Assembly (NCBI GenBank): GCA_947085205.1
Contig: CAMTVO010000033.1
Location: forward strand, 1 to 20,668
DNA: 20,668 nt
Direction of reading: 5' to 3'
Origin: an uncultured Nitrospiraceae bacterium
GTDB taxonomy: Bacteria > Nitrospirota > Thermodesulfovibrionia > Thermodesulfovibrionales > Dissulfurispiraceae
In this document: piece by piece, positions 8,001 to 15,306 of the stretch
How the letters are laid out: each line of letters starts with the position of its first letter
Position numbering within the stretch: position 1 is the first letter of the stretch
Position numbers and translations under genes: made by a program
Notes under the pieces: generated by a model
What the model was told of the DNA's origin: nothing
The model's database searches: none
What the model saw: the letters and a program-made list of their open reading frames with translations, nothing else

Positions 8001-9103
8001 TGGACATCCCTTATTCTTCCGCCTGTGCCTGTTTCTGCACCGGGGAATGGGGCAACGCCTGTCGGGAAATTGTGTGTTTCGGCAGTGAAGATTATGTGGT
8101 AAGTTGCCTCCATTTCCCTGAAAGGAGACGGCTTTCCCGGATTATCGGGCAATATCGTATGTATAGTGTAGCCTCTTATGGCGCTGGAATTGTCTTTAAA
8201 CGCAATGACGCTGTTGTTGGGATTTCTTTTGTAAGGCTCTTTGACGATCTGCATAAGGCTTTCAGGGATCTCTTTGCCGTCTATAATGAGCCTGCCTCTG
8301 AAAAACCAGTGTCTTGAATGTTCGCTGTTTGACTGGCTTAAGTCGAAGCACTCGACATTTGTAGGATTTCTCTTGAGGTCATTCACAAAAAGATTGTAGT
8401 AGTAATCAATGTCCCAGTCATCTAACCCCAGCCCCATTTCGTGATTAATCCGTATAAGGGCTGATGGGCCTTCTTCTATAAGGGGGATGGTCTTTACAGG
8501 TTCTGGTGTTATACCTGTCTCAAATGTTGTTAATGGCTCAGGATATGGGCATTCCGTCATACGGTCATGGATGAGTTCTAAAAAGGAGTGATGGAGTGAT
8601 GGAGTGATGGAGTGATGAGATAACGTTGAGCGTTGAACGTTGAGCGTCAGATATTTTTGACTTATGGTTTCTGTCTCTTGGCACTTGACGCTTGACGCAT
8701 CACGCATCACGAATCTATATCTCCTCGACCTTTCTATGCGATTAATCTTTGTCAGTCCGCAGGCATGACATATAGAGACAGCATTTGTAGACCATGCAGT
8801 GGTAAAATTCATCCTCGGACCGACCTCAAAAATACTTTGCTGGAGTGATGGAGTATTGGAGTGACGGGCTAAAAAACTTTTGGAAGAAAAATTTTCAGGT
8901 TCAAAGGTTTCGGCTAAAAGCCATCTTAGGGTACTGAGTTCTTTATCTGTAAGTGGCTCTGAGGCATTTATATTAAAACAAAACTCTGTCTCTATATCTA
9001 CAATATCAGGGCGTATTGTTTCATTTACTGTTTTCAGAAGGACATTTTTTTTATATGAAGAAATGGAAGGTGCGCGGTACATATGTATGAACTTTTGCGG
9101 CAT
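5018..9103 (-). CDS. purL: Phosphoribosylformylglycinamidine synthase, large single-chain type
   Basis: QSNSEHSRH, AETHNFPT, IHDQGAGG, GGKDSLSM, HDRSDGG, REEGSNGDREM, LGVCNGCQ and MPHPER motifs. ATG at 9103 has AAGGAG upstream. ATG at 9124 is an alternative start. Confidence 0.97.
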   Translation of the reverse strand: MPQKFIHMYRAPSISSYKKNVLLKTVNETIRPDIVDIETEFCFNINASEPLTDKELSTLRWLLAETFEPENFSSKSFLARHSNTPSLQQSIFEVGPRMNFTTAWSTNAVSICHACGLTKINRIERSRRYRFVMRDASSVKCQETETISQKYLTLNVQRSTLSHHSITPSLHHSFLELIHDRMTECPYPEPLTTFETGITPEPVKTIPLIEEGPSALIRINHEMGLGLDDWDIDYYYNLFVNDLKRNPTNVECFDLSQSNSEHSRHWFFRGRLIIDGKEIPESLMQIVKEPYKRNPNNSVIAFKDNSSAIRGYTIHTILPDNPGKPSPFREMEATYHIIFTAETHNFPTGVAPFPGAETGTGGRIRDVHATGKGSLVIAGTAAYCVGNLFIPGYPLPWEHGSFVYPKNLAFPLQIEIEASNGASDYGNKFGEPVIQGFTRSFGLKMPNGERREWIKPIMFTGGVGQIDARHLEKGEPQKDMVVVKIGGPAYRIGMGGGAASSMISGENIEELDFNAVQRGDAEMEQKLNRVIRTCVELGYDNPIVSIHDQGAGGNCNVVKEIIHPAGAKIDIRKIILGDNTLSVLEIWGAEYQEQDALLIHSTKIGMFRDLCERENVPVAVIGEITGDGYIVLYDGNNGNIIENLKLEKVLGDMPQKTFNMERTPMYTQPLRLPEDITIIDAVDRVLRLVSVGSKRFLTNKVDRSVTGLIARQQCAGPLQLTVSDVAVIAQSHFGHESGLSGAAISIGEQPIKGLINPSAMARISVGEALTNIVWAKISSLRDIKCSANWMWAPKLPGEGAKLYDAAIAMRDVMLELGIAVDGGKDSLSMAAKVVHPSGETETVKSPGTLVISAYAACPDITKVITPDLKMPDRTKLIHIDIGSGKNRLGGSALAHCYKQVGDESPDVDSTQLLKDAFNAIQELIDKGLILSGHDRSDGGLITTLLEMAFAGNCGMEVNLSQQSGVKNQELEKNIIPMLFSEELGLVIEYLPENEDIVASILKGYSVPYQIIGRTLSEKRIKINLHTPDASTINIVDKDMRELRSIWEETSHRLDMLQANPECVIEEKEVIYDRTGPSYRIPFTPEQTPEIILKRNVKPAVAIIREEGSNGDREMTSAFYLSGFEPWDVTMTDLLNEKINLSRFKGVAFVGGFSYADVLDSAKGWAGTIRFNKTLYEQFNSFYNKTDTFSLGVCNGCQLMALLGWVPWQGIDDKFQPRFIHNKSGRFESRFATVRIIESPSIMLKDMESSVLGVWIAHGEGLAHFPDKKIMNEIIDKKLAPIRYVDDNGEFTEKYPLNPNGSPYGITALCTPDGRHLALMPHPERTFLKWQWAWIPEEMKKDLKASPWLKMFQNAREWCEGN
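6196..6226. repeat. Heptamer tandem array inside purL
   Basis: actcctg atttttg actcctg actgctg act, translated as SQQSGVKNQEL. Confidence 0.55.
8585..8711. repeat. Octamer and inverted heptamer tandem arrays inside purL
   Basis: (ggagtgat)x4 at 8585-8616, cgttgag cgttgaa cgttgag cgtcaga at 8624-8651, and cttgacg cttgacg catcacg catcacg at 8684-8711. Confidence 0.85.
8842..8865. repeat. Octamer tandem array inside purL
   Basis: ggagtgat ggagtatt ggagtgac (24 nt, frame-preserving), translated as HSNTPSLQ. Confidence 0.75.
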
Positions 9104-9175
9104 GATTTTCTCCTTGTTATCCATTAAGCATTACCATTTTAACATAACCTTAGAATTGCATAAAATGGCAGGCAT

Positions 9176-9332
9176 AAAAAAAACCCTGCTCCGGCTCAAG
9201 ACAGCCCTTTTGGCCTCGCCTTAACTTAAGCAGTAAACAGTAAGCAGTAAGCCGAAAACTGTTCACTGCTCACTGTTCACTGTCTGTTCTCTACGGTTAT
9301 GACAGAAGATATTGACCCCTTTAAGCAGAGTT
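9176..9332 (-). ncRNA. Candidate rod-like structured RNA or long terminator, with a heptamer hairpin tip and 3' U-run
   Basis: Nested pairings 9323-9332/9182-9191, 9312-9318/9193-9199 and 9296-9303/9218-9225, with an apical heptamer hairpin at 9227-9283. U8 run on the minus strand (9176-9183). No family recognised. Confidence 0.4.
9227..9283. repeat. Inverted heptamer tandem arrays
   Basis: taagcag taaacag taagcag taagccg, aaa, actgttc actgctc actgttc actgt. Confidence 0.85.
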
Positions 9333-9337
9333 AAGAA

Positions 9338-9772
9338 TTATGGCATTTGACGGTTAAACATTTTTGATCCTCTCCATAATGGCCTGCAATAGGAATCCCT
9401 TAAGAGTATTATTCCCCCTGTAGCAGGGTTTTTTATCTGTCTGCCTATAATATACAGGCTACCATCTTTGCTAAAATATTTGGAGCCTGTAATCTCCAAT
9501 TCTGAGTCTGGATTAAAACTTATCCCTTCTCGCAATAAATACCATGGAGGTGCTGTAACCACATTATAATTTTTGTTGCCAGCCCTTATTTTTACAATCA
9601 GAGGGCCTCTCATTTCCCGCATTATCTCAATTACTGTTCCCTTGATTGTTACTTCGGTGTTTTCATCGTAACCCTCTGTGAGATCGGATTCTGCATATGC
9701 CAATGAAAACAGGCAGAACAGAAAACATGTCATGAATAGAGCTATTATTTTTGTTTTGAAAATACTCTGCAT
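9338..9772 (-). CDS. Secreted/periplasmic OB-fold-like protein
   Basis: Signal peptide (..SLAYA-E), and a YDENTEVTIKGTV...APPWYL...LEITGS...LRD...PLWRG pattern seen in a conserved family resembling the MamS/MamX beta domain. Function unknown. Confidence 0.6.
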   Translation of the reverse strand: MQSIFKTKIIALFMTCFLFCLFSLAYAESDLTEGYDENTEVTIKGTVIEIMREMRGPLIVKIRAGNKNYNVVTAPPWYLLREGISFNPDSELEITGSKYFSKDGSLYIIGRQIKNPATGGIILLRDSYCRPLWRGSKMFNRQMP

Positions 9773-9793
9773 AAGTATCTAATCCAAGTAATC

Positions 9794-9860
9794 AAGCAAT
9801 AGGCAATAGGCTATAGGTTGAGAAATTTTTCTATCGCCCATTGCCTCTTGCCCATCGCCT
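9794..9860. repeat. Inverted heptamer tandem arrays (intergenic)
   Basis: aagcaat aggcaat aggctat agg ... ctatcgc ccattgc ctcttgc ccatcgc ct. Confidence 0.8.
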
Positions 9861-9868
9861 TTCAGTTT

Positions 9869-10264
9869 TTACATTCCCATTCTCCCCATTCCCATACCCA
9901 TGCCGCCCCTTCCGCACATGCCTGGACCGAAAGCCGTTAAACCAGCCCCCGATGCCTTTTTCTGAATTTCTGTCCTTAAATCAATCATCTCTTTCTGTTT
10001 CTCAGCAATTGCCTTCCAGTCAGGTGTTGTCTGTGTGCGGAGCGTCATCAATTCGGTCTTAAACTGGAGCATCTTCTGACGGAGCGGCAGGATGTCCTTC
10101 TGGAACTGTGCATACTTCTGGGGTTGTTCAGGCGTTAGATTGCTACCCCTCATACCATAGCATGGTCCCATGCCTCCAACGTATCCAGGGCCGATAGCCA
10201 GTGCTACTCCTGCAATGACAATTACAAGGACTGCTACAAGTCCTATGGTTAATACCTTTCTCAT
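9869..10264 (-). CDS. ZraP/Spy/CpxP-family periplasmic protein
   Basis: Signal peptide, Gly/Met-rich ends, LTPEQ motif, LRQKMLQFKTEL..L...PDWKAI helical core. ATG at 10264 with AGGAGG 8 nt upstream. Confidence 0.8.
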   Translation of the reverse strand: MRKVLTIGLVAVLVIVIAGVALAIGPGYVGGMGPCYGMRGSNLTPEQPQKYAQFQKDILPLRQKMLQFKTELMTLRTQTTPDWKAIAEKQKEMIDLRTEIQKKASGAGLTAFGPGMCGRGGMGMGMGRMGM

Positions 10265-10303
10265 CTTATTCACCTCCTATCCTTTTTTATCTGACATTAA
10301 TTA

Positions 10304-10319
10304 AGCAACTGCTATGCCA
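10304..10319 (-). promoter_or_regulatory. Sigma54 (-24/-12) promoter
   Basis: Minus strand reads TGGCATAGCAGTTGCT, matching TGGCAy-N5-TTGC, about 40 bp upstream of the ZraP-like gene. Confidence 0.85.
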
Positions 10320-10370
10320 GATAGAAGAGAGAAGGAATTTCAATAAGTTTTTCTCTTTAAGGAAATTACA

Positions 10371-10407
10371 AATGCAATTTTTGCATTATGGAAGTGCAAA
10401 TTTTGCA
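10371..10407. promoter_or_regulatory. Tandem palindromic enhancer (UAS) sites for the adjacent sigma54 activator
   Basis: aatgcaa-ttt-ttgcatt (10371-10387) and tgcaaattttgca (10395-10407), 22 bp apart. A weak IHF-like site tttcaataagttt (10338-10350) lies between the UAS and the promoter. Confidence 0.65.
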
Positions 10408-10470
10408 TTGATTAAGCACAGAGGACTAATTAATTTTGCGAAATACAGACTCATCACCTATGTCCATTCT

Positions 10471-11796
10471 TCAAATCCCATATTCCTTTATCTTATACTG
10501 TAATGCCCGTAATGATATGCTTAAAATCTCCGCTGCCCTTTTCCTGTTTCCACCAGTTTTCCTGAGGGCATTCTCAATGGCTGTCTTTTCAACTGTCTTC
10601 ATATCTCCTTCAATGCGTTGCGCTTCAACCGTTGAAGGCTTGAGATCAGGCAGGATTAGCTGTTTCCCGCGGCTTATAATAATGCTTCTTTCGATTACAT
10701 TCTCAAGCTCCCTTATGTTTCCCGGCCATGGATAATCAGCTAACATTTGAAATCTATCCTCTGAAAAGGGGTTAAACTCTTTACCGTGCCTTGCTGAAAT
10801 TGTTTTTAAAAGGTAATTTGCAATATCTGGTATATGCTGTTTTCTATCCCTTAAAGGAGGGATGCTTATGGGAAATACATTGAGGCGGTAATAGAGGTCT
10901 TCCCTGAATTTCTTTTCATCCACCAATTCTCTTAGATTTCTGTTAGTTGCTGCAATAACCCTTGCATTGGTCTTGATTGTATTTAACGAACCGAGCCTTT
11001 CAAATGTCTTTTCCTGAAGCACCTTTAAAAATTTTGCCTGCAACAGAGAACTCATCTCTGAAACCTCATCAAGGAATATTGTGCCGTCATTTGCGAGCTC
11101 AAACTTGCCTTTCTTTTGAGAAGATGCTCCTGTAAATGCACCTTTTTCATAGCCGAACATTTCTGATTCAAGGAGGCTTTCGGGTATTGCAGCACAGTTT
11201 ATGTCAACGAATGGTCCCCTTCTGCCGCTCATGTGGTGGATTGTCTTTGCTATTAAACTTTTTCCTGTGCCTGTCTCGCCGTAAAGCACTACAGTTGCAT
11301 CGGTTGGCGCTACATTCTTAACTTCTTTGAGAATATCTTCCATCCCTGCAAATATAATTTCAACGGGAGGCATGTCCTGAAACGTCTCTGATTTGAGGAG
11401 CCTGTTTTCTGTTATGAGCATCTGTTTTTCATAAATCTTTGAGACGGCTATTCTCAACTGCTCGGGGTCTTTGAGGGGTTTAATGATATAGTCGGCGGCT
11501 CCAATCTTCATTGCAGAAACAGCGGTATCAACAGTTGCAAATGCAGTAATCATGATGAAGTCTATATCGAGGTTCTTATTTTTTGCCTCTTCCATGAATT
11601 TAATGCCGTCCATCTTAGGCATCTTCAGGTCTGTGATTATGAGGTTTGGTGAAAAGGAATCCATGGTTTTTAATGCGGTCTCAGGGTCTGCCAGACCTTT
11701 CACCGTATATCCTGTATCCTCCAGTATCTTTGTCATAAGCAGTAAAAACGATTTTTCGTCGTCAACGATTAATATCCTGAAATTTTCTCTGGTCAT
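10471..11796 (-). CDS. Sigma54-dependent response regulator (ZraR/AtoC/NtrC family)
   Basis: Receiver domain (VDDE, TDLKMP, KP), GETGTGKS, GAFTGA, FLDE, FREDLYYRL, WPGNIREL, and a Fis-type HTH. Confidence 0.95.
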   Translation of the reverse strand: MTRENFRILIVDDEKSFLLLMTKILEDTGYTVKGLADPETALKTMDSFSPNLIITDLKMPKMDGIKFMEEAKNKNLDIDFIMITAFATVDTAVSAMKIGAADYIIKPLKDPEQLRIAVSKIYEKQMLITENRLLKSETFQDMPPVEIIFAGMEDILKEVKNVAPTDATVVLYGETGTGKSLIAKTIHHMSGRRGPFVDINCAAIPESLLESEMFGYEKGAFTGASSQKKGKFELANDGTIFLDEVSEMSSLLQAKFLKVLQEKTFERLGSLNTIKTNARVIAATNRNLRELVDEKKFREDLYYRLNVFPISIPPLRDRKQHIPDIANYLLKTISARHGKEFNPFSEDRFQMLADYPWPGNIRELENVIERSIIISRGKQLILPDLKPSTVEAQRIEGDMKTVEKTAIENALRKTGGNRKRAAEILSISLRALQYKIKEYGI

Positions 11797-11809
11797 ATTT
11801 AATTATAAA

Positions 11810-13081
11810 TCATATGAGATTTCTTGGGATTGTTATCCTGAAAGTGCTGCCTTTATGCGGTTCGCTTTCAAGTTCAATGGTTCCGCTAATGGATTTTATC
11901 AGTTTGTCCACAATGGCGAGTCCGAGTCCTGTGCCCATTGTTTTTGTGGTAAAGAACGGTTTAAATGCCCTTTGTTTTGTCTCATTGTCCATTCCGCGGC
12001 CATTGTCTGACACAAGAATTGTTATTTTATCATCAGAGGGTTCGGTCTTTATTTCTATAATTCCGTTTTCATTTACCGCGTCTATGGAGTTCTGGATAAT
12101 ATTGATAAGTATCTGTCTAAGTTTGTCCCTGTCGGAGTTAACCTTTATATCTGTCGGCACTAATGTTTTTATATCAATGTTTGAGGATGTATTATGTGTC
12201 GGCTGAAGTGATTGGACTACATCATTTATGAGTTCATGAAGGCTAATTTCCTCCAATCTCAATTCAACAGGTCTCGCGTATACGAGCATGTCGTCGGTTA
12301 ATCTTTCAAGCCTCTTTGACTCTGAGACTATTATGTCAAGCAATTCTTTTTTTGCTGAATCTTGCTCTGAAAGATACTGGGCAAATCCCTTTATGCTGCC
12401 CAATGGATTTCTTATTTCATGGGCAAGGACAGATGCCATTTCTCCAAGCATGGCTAGCCTCTCCTTTTCTACTATCACCTTTCTCAATTCCTCGGAGCGG
12501 TTCACCGCCTTTATAAAGAAATACCCTGTAATCCAGAGAAGCAGAATTACAATGGATATGCTTATCAGCTGAAGTCTTGCCTGCCTTACAATGTTCTGGG
12601 CAGGATAGGTGTGAAGGGTGAGTCTCAATATTTTTTCAGAATTATGAATATGTGCCGGAAAATTGATCGCAAAGACCCTCTCGCCTGTGCCAAGTGTGAT
12701 ATATTCGTAAACAGGCTTGCCTGTGTCAGCCGCTGCTTTAATGGATTTGTTCTGCACCTGTCTGCCTATCAGATTTTCATTTGAATGCAAAAGCGTTGTG
12801 CCGCTTTTATCGTAAAGGGCTATAAATGCTATACCTTCCCATTTACCTTCAGTGATAATGTCTTTAAAGATATTTTCGCTTCTTAAAGATGTTTTTGACA
12901 GAGATGCTTCAAGGCTTACTGCTATGCCCAGTGTCTGGAGTTTTAAAGAGTCTTCAGCCGCATTTATGGAATTTCTATAGGTTAAAAGACTGCTTGTTAC
13001 TGTAACGGCAGTTGCAAATGCGAGGATAATAATAAGATAGATGCGGTTTCCATTTGAGTATTTGTCAGACATGTCAATCAT
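11810..13081 (-). CDS. Membrane sensor histidine kinase (ZraS-like)
   Basis: Two TM helices around a Cache-like periplasmic domain, H-box LAHEIRNPL, N-box, DNGRG, PFFTTK and GTGLGL. The start may be 13072. Confidence 0.93.
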   Translation of the reverse strand: MIDMSDKYSNGNRIYLIIILAFATAVTVTSSLLTYRNSINAAEDSLKLQTLGIAVSLEASLSKTSLRSENIFKDIITEGKWEGIAFIALYDKSGTTLLHSNENLIGRQVQNKSIKAAADTGKPVYEYITLGTGERVFAINFPAHIHNSEKILRLTLHTYPAQNIVRQARLQLISISIVILLLWITGYFFIKAVNRSEELRKVIVEKERLAMLGEMASVLAHEIRNPLGSIKGFAQYLSEQDSAKKELLDIIVSESKRLERLTDDMLVYARPVELRLEEISLHELINDVVQSLQPTHNTSSNIDIKTLVPTDIKVNSDRDKLRQILINIIQNSIDAVNENGIIEIKTEPSDDKITILVSDNGRGMDNETKQRAFKPFFTTKTMGTGLGLAIVDKLIKSISGTIELESEPHKGSTFRITIPRNLI

Positions 13082-13130
13082 GGTTATATGTTAAAATATT
13101 TCCCACACTATTATATAGAGGTGTTCGTTT

Positions 13131-15011
13131 ATGGAGTTAAGGCTTACATCGGATGAAGTCATAAAGCTGAAGGAAAAGGAAGACATCTATTCTGCACTAA
13201 AGGGGTCAGGCGTTTATCTTGTTGCTTCCTGCGGCGGCAAGGGTACATGCGGCAAGTGCAAGGTAAAGATTGTAGAGGGAGAGTGCGATGTAATTTCTTA
13301 TGGAAAGCTCACTCAAAAGGAAAGGGAATCGAATATAGTCCTTGCCTGCCAGACCATTCCGAAAAGTGATGTTTTTGTTGAGATACCAAAGGAGTCCCGA
13401 CTTGTTGTTGGAGATAAAATAGCCATTGCAAGGACAAAAGACCTTGTCGAATATTTAAGGTCTTACGGCGTTGACATAAACCCTGCTGTAAAAAGAATGT
13501 ATCTCGAACTGCCGCCGCCGACCATCAGCGACAACATAAGCGACCTTGAGAGACTAAAGAGGGTGTTGGATAAAAAAGGCCTAAGCAATATAAGGTTTTC
13601 CCATGGCTTTGTATCAACAATGGCAGATACCTTGAGGCTTGGGAACTGGAAGGTTGAGTTGACATATGTCGGGGGCGACGGTATTCCGTATGAGGCAATA
13701 TTCCTGAGTTCGCCGGATGCATGCAACAGAAGATACGGAATAGCAGTAGATATTGGTACCACAACAGTTGTTGTCTATATCGTAAATCTCTTAACCGGTG
13801 AGATTGTGGATGTAGGCTCAACATATAACTCCCAGATGAGATACGGAGATGATGTTATTACGAGGATAGTTCATGCAACGGAAGGAGGCGGACTGCCTGA
13901 GTTGAGGGATACAGTTGTTACCGACATAAATACCATCGTGGATTCTTTGATGGAAAGGCACAGTATAGAGGCATGTGAGATAGACACTGCAACCATCGCA
14001 GGGAATACAACAATGTCCCAGATATTCTGGGGACTTAATCCAGGCTCCATAAGGGAAGAGCCTTACATCCCCACGCTCAACCAATTCCCCCAGTGGAAAG
14101 GCGGGACTGCAAAGCTCTCCATTAATCCTCAATCTACGGTTTATACTGTTCCCTGCGTTGCGAGCTATGTAGGAGGCGATATTGTTGCAGGCGTGCTTGC
14201 GTCAAAGATGCACAGGAATCCAGAAGTAGCCCTTTTCATGGACATCGGCACGAACGGCGAAATAACCATCGGCAATAATGAATGGCTTATGACCGCTGCA
14301 TGTTCTATGGGCCCGTGTTTTGAAGGAAGTGGCATCAGGCGCGGTATGAGGGCAACATCAGGAGCAATTGAATCAGTGAAGATAGACCCGAATACTTACG
14401 AGCCGACCATAAGCGTAATCGGAGGAGGTCATCCAATGGGCATCTGCGGCTCAGGCATGATTGACGCCATATCAGAGATGTTTTTGACAGGCGTGATAGA
14501 CCAGAAGGGCAAGTTTGTCAAAGGAAAGACGGACAGGATAATGGAAGGCGAAGAAGGACCGGAGTTTATGCTTTACAAAGACGAAGCCCATCATAAAGAT
14601 ATTGCGCTTACAGAAGTTGATGTCGAAAACATAATCAGGGCAAAGGCAGCCCTGTATGCAGGAATAAAAACCCTCCTGACTGAGGTCGGATTTACTATGG
14701 ATGCAATAGAAAGGGTCTATATAGCAGGGGGCTTTGGAAATTACATTGATATCGAAAAGGCAGTGATAATGGGAATGCTTCCAGATATTCCGAAGGAAAG
14801 ATTTGTGTTTATGGGCAACACATCCATCACAGGAGCTTACCTCTGCCTGCTTTCCGAGGAATTGAGAAAAGAGGCCGAGGATATTGCGTCAAAGATGACA
14901 TATATAGAACTTTCCGTTTATAGGAGCTTCATGGACGAATACATGTCGGCATTATTCTTGCCTCATACGGACATGAGCCAGTTCCCTACAGTGGCAGGTA
15001 TGATAAAATAA
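13131..15011 (+). CDS. RACo/AcsV-like ASKHA ATPase with N-terminal [2Fe-2S] domain (reductive activator of corrinoid proteins, DUF4445)
   Basis: CGGKGTCGKC...LACQ ferredoxin domain, DIGTTT, YGDDVITRI, GNTTM, YVGGDI, DIGTNGE, GICGSG and IAGGFG. GAGGTG SD. Confidence 0.92.
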   Translation: MELRLTSDEVIKLKEKEDIYSALKGSGVYLVASCGGKGTCGKCKVKIVEGECDVISYGKLTQKERESNIVLACQTIPKSDVFVEIPKESRLVVGDKIAIARTKDLVEYLRSYGVDINPAVKRMYLELPPPTISDNISDLERLKRVLDKKGLSNIRFSHGFVSTMADTLRLGNWKVELTYVGGDGIPYEAIFLSSPDACNRRYGIAVDIGTTTVVVYIVNLLTGEIVDVGSTYNSQMRYGDDVITRIVHATEGGGLPELRDTVVTDINTIVDSLMERHSIEACEIDTATIAGNTTMSQIFWGLNPGSIREEPYIPTLNQFPQWKGGTAKLSINPQSTVYTVPCVASYVGGDIVAGVLASKMHRNPEVALFMDIGTNGEITIGNNEWLMTAACSMGPCFEGSGIRRGMRATSGAIESVKIDPNTYEPTISVIGGGHPMGICGSGMIDAISEMFLTGVIDQKGKFVKGKTDRIMEGEEGPEFMLYKDEAHHKDIALTEVDVENIIRAKAALYAGIKTLLTEVGFTMDAIERVYIAGGFGNYIDIEKAVIMGMLPDIPKERFVFMGNTSITGAYLCLLSEELRKEAEDIASKMTYIELSVYRSFMDEYMSALFLPHTDMSQFPTVAGMIK

Positions 15012-15014
15012 GAC

Positions 15015-15212
15015 ATGAGCGAATATTCAAATTTTAGCTCTGAAAATAATGTCGAGCTTATCTGCCCTGCATGCGGCTCTGTTCTTACGGAACATGAACG
15101 CACCGAGGGAGGCTGGAACTGCAAATGCGGAGATTTTATTCCAGAAGGCATAGCGATAAATCCTTATAAGGGATTATCTAACCAGCACAAGCAGAATTCG
15201 CCATGGAGATGA
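15015..15212 (+). CDS. Small zinc-ribbon-like protein (65 aa)
   Basis: CPACG...WNCKCG. Starts 3 bp after the RACo stop. Confidence 0.6.
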   Translation: MSEYSNFSSENNVELICPACGSVLTEHERTEGGWNCKCGDFIPEGIAINPYKGLSNQHKQNSPWR

Positions 15213-15306
15213 CCCCTATCCCTTAGATGGAATACAGGAATTTCTTTTATTCTTAGACGCTTCTATCTTTCTTTAAATCCTTTCCATATTATATAATTCA
15301 ACAATA

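Noticed and set aside
9125..9337. Known purine-related riboswitch (purine, ZTP, PRPP) upstream of purL
   Set aside because: Conserved core motifs were not found by eye. Kept only as an unassigned structured RNA candidate.
9338..9772. Magnetosome gene (MamS/MamX)
   Set aside because: Only a shared beta-domain pattern. There are no CxxCH magnetochrome motifs and no other mam genes nearby.
8585..9860. Short repeat arrays as a CRISPR array
   Set aside because: Units are 7-8 nt and tandem with no unique spacers, and there are no cas genes.
15213..15306. T-box leader for cysE-cysS
   Set aside because: Only 94 bp, with no T-box (GGTGGnACCGCG) motif or terminator/antiterminator.
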